Under the pieces are notes generated by a model. That model searched no databases. It saw only the letters and a program-made list of their open reading frames with translations, and had not been told where the DNA came from. Made by a program: the position numbers and the translations under genes. A DNA stretch of 64,000 bases. Origin: Hemiscyllium ocellatum. Lineage: Eukaryota. This document shows positions 60,471 to 64,000 of this stretch, one piece after another; within the stretch, counting starts at the first letter, position 1; each line of letters begins with the position of its first letter. The stretch lies in assembly GCF_020745735.1 (NCBI RefSeq), contig NC_083413.1, positions 32,984,001-33,048,000 of the forward strand, written 5' to 3'.

Positions 60471-60695
60471 TCTGCTTCCTTATCCTCCAGATAATTTTTT
60501 GTTGTGTCTTTCCAAAGAACTTAACAAAACTCATTGCAGCCGTGAATGATTAAAATGCCAGGCTGTATGATTTCAAACCTTAACCATTTGAGTTAGGAAT
60601 AATATTATGATCAATTCTGTTAAAAATCACCCTGTAGTTTAATCTACAGTCTGTAAAACCTTTCCAACTAAATTCCACAATCAAATTAGACATAT

Positions 60696-60885
60696 TAGAA
60701 TCCCTACAGTATGGAAGCAGGCCATTCAGCCCATCGAGTCCACACCAACCCTCCAAAGAGCATCTCACTCAGACCTCCTCTCTCCACACCCCCACCCCCC
60801 CCCACCCCACCCCCGGCCCCACCTTACCCTATCCCTGCATTTCCCATGGCTAACCTGCACAACGCTGGACACTATGGGCAATTTA
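60696..60885 (-). mobile_element. HE1-type SINE 3' half
   Basis: Reverse complement of the HE1 3' region and tail. Confidence 0.75.
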
Positions 60886-62144
60886 TCAATTTAGACAATG
60901 AGACAATGTGAGCAAGATTCACCAAAACCAACAAGAATTAAACAAGAGTTATTAACCTTCGAGATGAAAAATCCTAACATCAGGATGTTTTTCCTAATTA
61001 TATGTTGCTATAAATTTGATTGTAAGAGTTTACTGCAATCTATAATTGAATAAAATTCCAGCCTGGTTGATCCCAAAAGAAGGTCCCAGATGAAACCCCA
61101 TGATTGGAATTATATGGCTCAAGCATATAAATAGAAATAATTAAATGGAATTCTGTTGTAACAGAACTATATTTGACATCAAAAACGTTTGAGAATTCAC
61201 CTTTACATTTATCAAAAGTTTTAGGACCATTGCATGATTTCTTTGGCATCTGGCTGGCTTCTTCCAGGCCATACAATAATGAATAAAATGTTCTATGAAC
61301 AGGTTGAAGAAAATGCAGTGATATTAGAAGCAGATTCACTCAAGAAATGAATATTGATACAATCTTACATAAAGCTATCACTATCGTAGGTCACTGCAGG
61401 ATCAGAATTATTGCATGCAAGTAGGATTTTATTTAATGTTTCGATTTTCATGTTTGTAAAATTTTATCCTTGTGGACAGGATAATTGCTCATCATGTAAC
61501 ATAAAAGAGTGATAGGAAAAAATGTTTTGGGAATTTAGATTGACAGGAACAGCAGATTCACATGTATATAAATAAATGCCTGGAATTTCCGTGCTGAATG
61601 TGTACAAGCATCTCACTTTCAAATGAAGTATTGCTATTTAGATGTGGCTTCCTTGTATAACTTCACTTCCGATTGAAGTTATATGCTACAGTGATAATGC
61701 CTAAGTGACAGGCTTCTTATGTTCTGAACATTAAAAATAATCTGATTCTTGATGTTAATGTCTATAATGTAGTTCATATATTGTAAGATAACAGGATATG
61801 TATGCACACAGGTCATTAGTCAATTTGAATCATTCATCTGGAAAAAACTATCCATTCGCAAAATCTATTAGTTCCTTAACTTATATGTATTCAGGCTTTT
61901 GCTTTTATGGAATACAATGTTCAGCATGGAATTATGCAGTCTAGTAAGGTGGCCATTCATTCTATCATGTTTGTACTAGCTCTTTGAAAGAGCTATCCAG
62001 TTATTACCAAACAGCTGCTCTTTATCCATTTCACTGCGAATGTATGTATCATTTTTAACTTTTTAAAGTTTGTTCTGACCAGTAAGAATAAATCACGTTA
62101 TTATGCACCTGGAGTCAAGTAAGGATAGCAGATTCATTTCCCTG

Positions 62145-62773
62145 TGTTATGGACCAGATCAAACCCTTCAAAATATTTTAAGAAGGCAGCCTACACCCTG
62201 ACTTCTCCTTATTTTTAAGGCAAATATAAATGCAAATGTGATTGGTCAAACTACTCAACATTAACCAAGAAAACAATTTATTTAAAAACTATAATTAAAA
62301 TACAAGTAAAACAAATTAGAACTTAGAATAACAACTCTGTTGGAAAACTTAACTAAGGAATAGATACAGTAATTATTAACTAACTGTTCAAATATTGTAA
62401 TATCCCATAAACACCTCCTTGGGGAAAAAAAAGGCAAATTAAAAAAAACAGATTTGTCTGACAGGTAACCAGCAGCAGAAACTGTAACTGAGAAAGGAAT
62501 AAAATAGTTTCTACTTCTACAACCCCAAAACAGCAACTGCTTAAAGCTAAACCTAAAAACTAAATAAAACTAGAAATCCTGGTCTGAAAAAGCTGGGCAC
62601 ACCCATCCAGGCTGCCTCCATTGTTCCAACTTTTTAAAAAAAAACCCTAGGCCTCATAAGCGGTTTACACCAGTGGTTTTGATAGACTGCTCAACACCTC
62701 TGCCTTACAACCTCACTTCAAACAAAAGGAGGAAGTAACTTCTTAAAGCCATCTCATAACCATACCTGTAACA
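62145..62773. mobile_element. Possible solo LTR (TGTTA...TAACA) inserted in an old SINE
   Basis: Short inverted termini, about 630 bp long. Flanks resemble the two halves of the SINE seen at 2520-2730. No clear TSD. Confidence 0.4.
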
Positions 62774-64000
62774 CTTAACAATGGTCACCATTTGACCCGC
62801 TTTTCATGAATTCAAATTTCTGGTGAAATTTGCTTTGTTGGGATTCAAACCCAAAATCACCAGAACATTAATCTAAACCTCTGAATTACAAGTCCACTGC
62901 CTTCCCTTAATGTCTAATTCCCTCTTGAAATTTTATATTTAATCTGGTTCTATCTCCCTTTCAGTAAGTAAGTTGCAAATTAAGGAGGAATCAATGTTTG
63001 TTAACTGTCTTGTTGACAGACAACTTGCCTCATTAATATTAATATTTGTATCTTACCAAACAAGCCTGACTTGAAAATTCAAAATAGAAACCAGAACAGT
63101 TACCTGGCTGATGCAGCTTGCTGTTTGCTCCATACAACTTCCATGTTGATTGCAACCAAACTGCAGCCAAGGGCATAATCCACAGGCAGTAGCCACATGC
63201 ATGCCTCATTCACAGACATTGGTATGTCTCAGATACCAATCTCTCATCATCATCATGGGATCTCTGCTATGTACATGGAAACCATTTAGGAAGCACAGAC
63301 CTGTACTGCAGGGTACACCAGTAGTGAGTATTGAAAGGCTGCTGTAAGGACTTATTGTACACAGGGATAGATATTCAGATCAAGTATTGGGCCAGGCTTC
63401 ATTTCAAAACTGCTCACTTGGTCTTTTAGCATCTTCTCACTTAACATCTAACTGCATGCTTGCAGCATCTCTTGCCTGGTAGCGTGTTCCCACTTCAGCC
63501 GAGCTGAAGGCTATCATTACTGCTGTACTGAAGTGTTTTTCTGTGCAGCTACACAGATTGGTTGCTTGTGTTGGTCAATCGGTACTCTTCCATGGAAGGG
63601 GGACTGGGACTCATCTTGATAAGTGATACACGAACATCTATCTAACAACAACAGCATTTGCCAGCGGCCTGCCTACTTTGTGTGTTCAGACAACCAAAGG
63701 ACCATGCCAGAAGCTGCTGGGGCTTGTCCTCTCTCCAGTTAAATAGAGGCCACTATTGATCGGATCCTGTTACTAATCAGTCATAAGCACAGTCGGTGCA
63801 CAGTCCAGGGGCTTGACGTCTAACTGGGATGCTCATGGTCGCTATATCAGTCAGACTCCAGTCCAGTGGGTGGGCAATAGTCAGTTCTATAGGGTCAACA
63901 TAAGCAGCATGGGGAATCATGTACTGTCAGTCGGGAAGCTGCAAACATCGTAGTCAGAGTCTGAGCAAATAAGGACCTGGGGAATTGACTGTTGATACTT

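Noticed and set aside
61656-61683. tataacttca-N8-tgaagttata palindrome resembling the outer arms of loxP
   Set aside because: Only 10-bp AT-rich arms, no recombinase context. Plausible by chance in 64 kb.
57300-64000. Possible exons of a downstream neighbour (CHRND follows PRSS56 in other vertebrates, from memory)
   Set aside because: No recognisable receptor exons or convincing spliced ORFs seen in this interval.

Overview
Vertebrate genomic DNA from a cartilaginous fish. The repeat content (HE1/V-SINE, HER1/CR1 LINEs, Deu-SINE) points to an elasmobranch, probably a shark. The window holds the last 15 coding exons of one + strand gene, a PRSS56 (serine protease 56) orthologue. I assembled these by hand from GT-AG splice sites. 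They form one phase-consistent ORF of 2132 nt (2 nt + 710 codons including the stop) from 3297 to the TAG at 55151-55153, with a candidate AATAAA at 57253. The signal-peptide/5' exons lie upstream of the window. The protein has an R|IVGG activation site, an intact His/Asp/Ser triad and Asp189. Two features differ from human PRSS56 as I recall it. First, a six-cysteine module occurs twice, once on each side of the protease domain, each copy on its own phase 1-1 exon. Second, an extra three-exon block adds 131 aa to the C-terminal linker. The introns are filled with CR1 LINE fragments, SINEs, Tc1/mariner-type MITEs, a decayed Harbinger-like element and many Penelope-like elements (PLEs). The PLE termini carry minimal hammerhead-ribozyme motifs (CTGATGA-stemII-GAAA). 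Several PLE insertions are ~200-bp palindromic mini-elements with target-site duplications (TSDs), and one locus is a multi-layer nest of them. Most six-frame ORFs outside these features are repeat-derived or spurious. Comparisons to human PRSS56 and to repeat consensi are from memory, not from a search.
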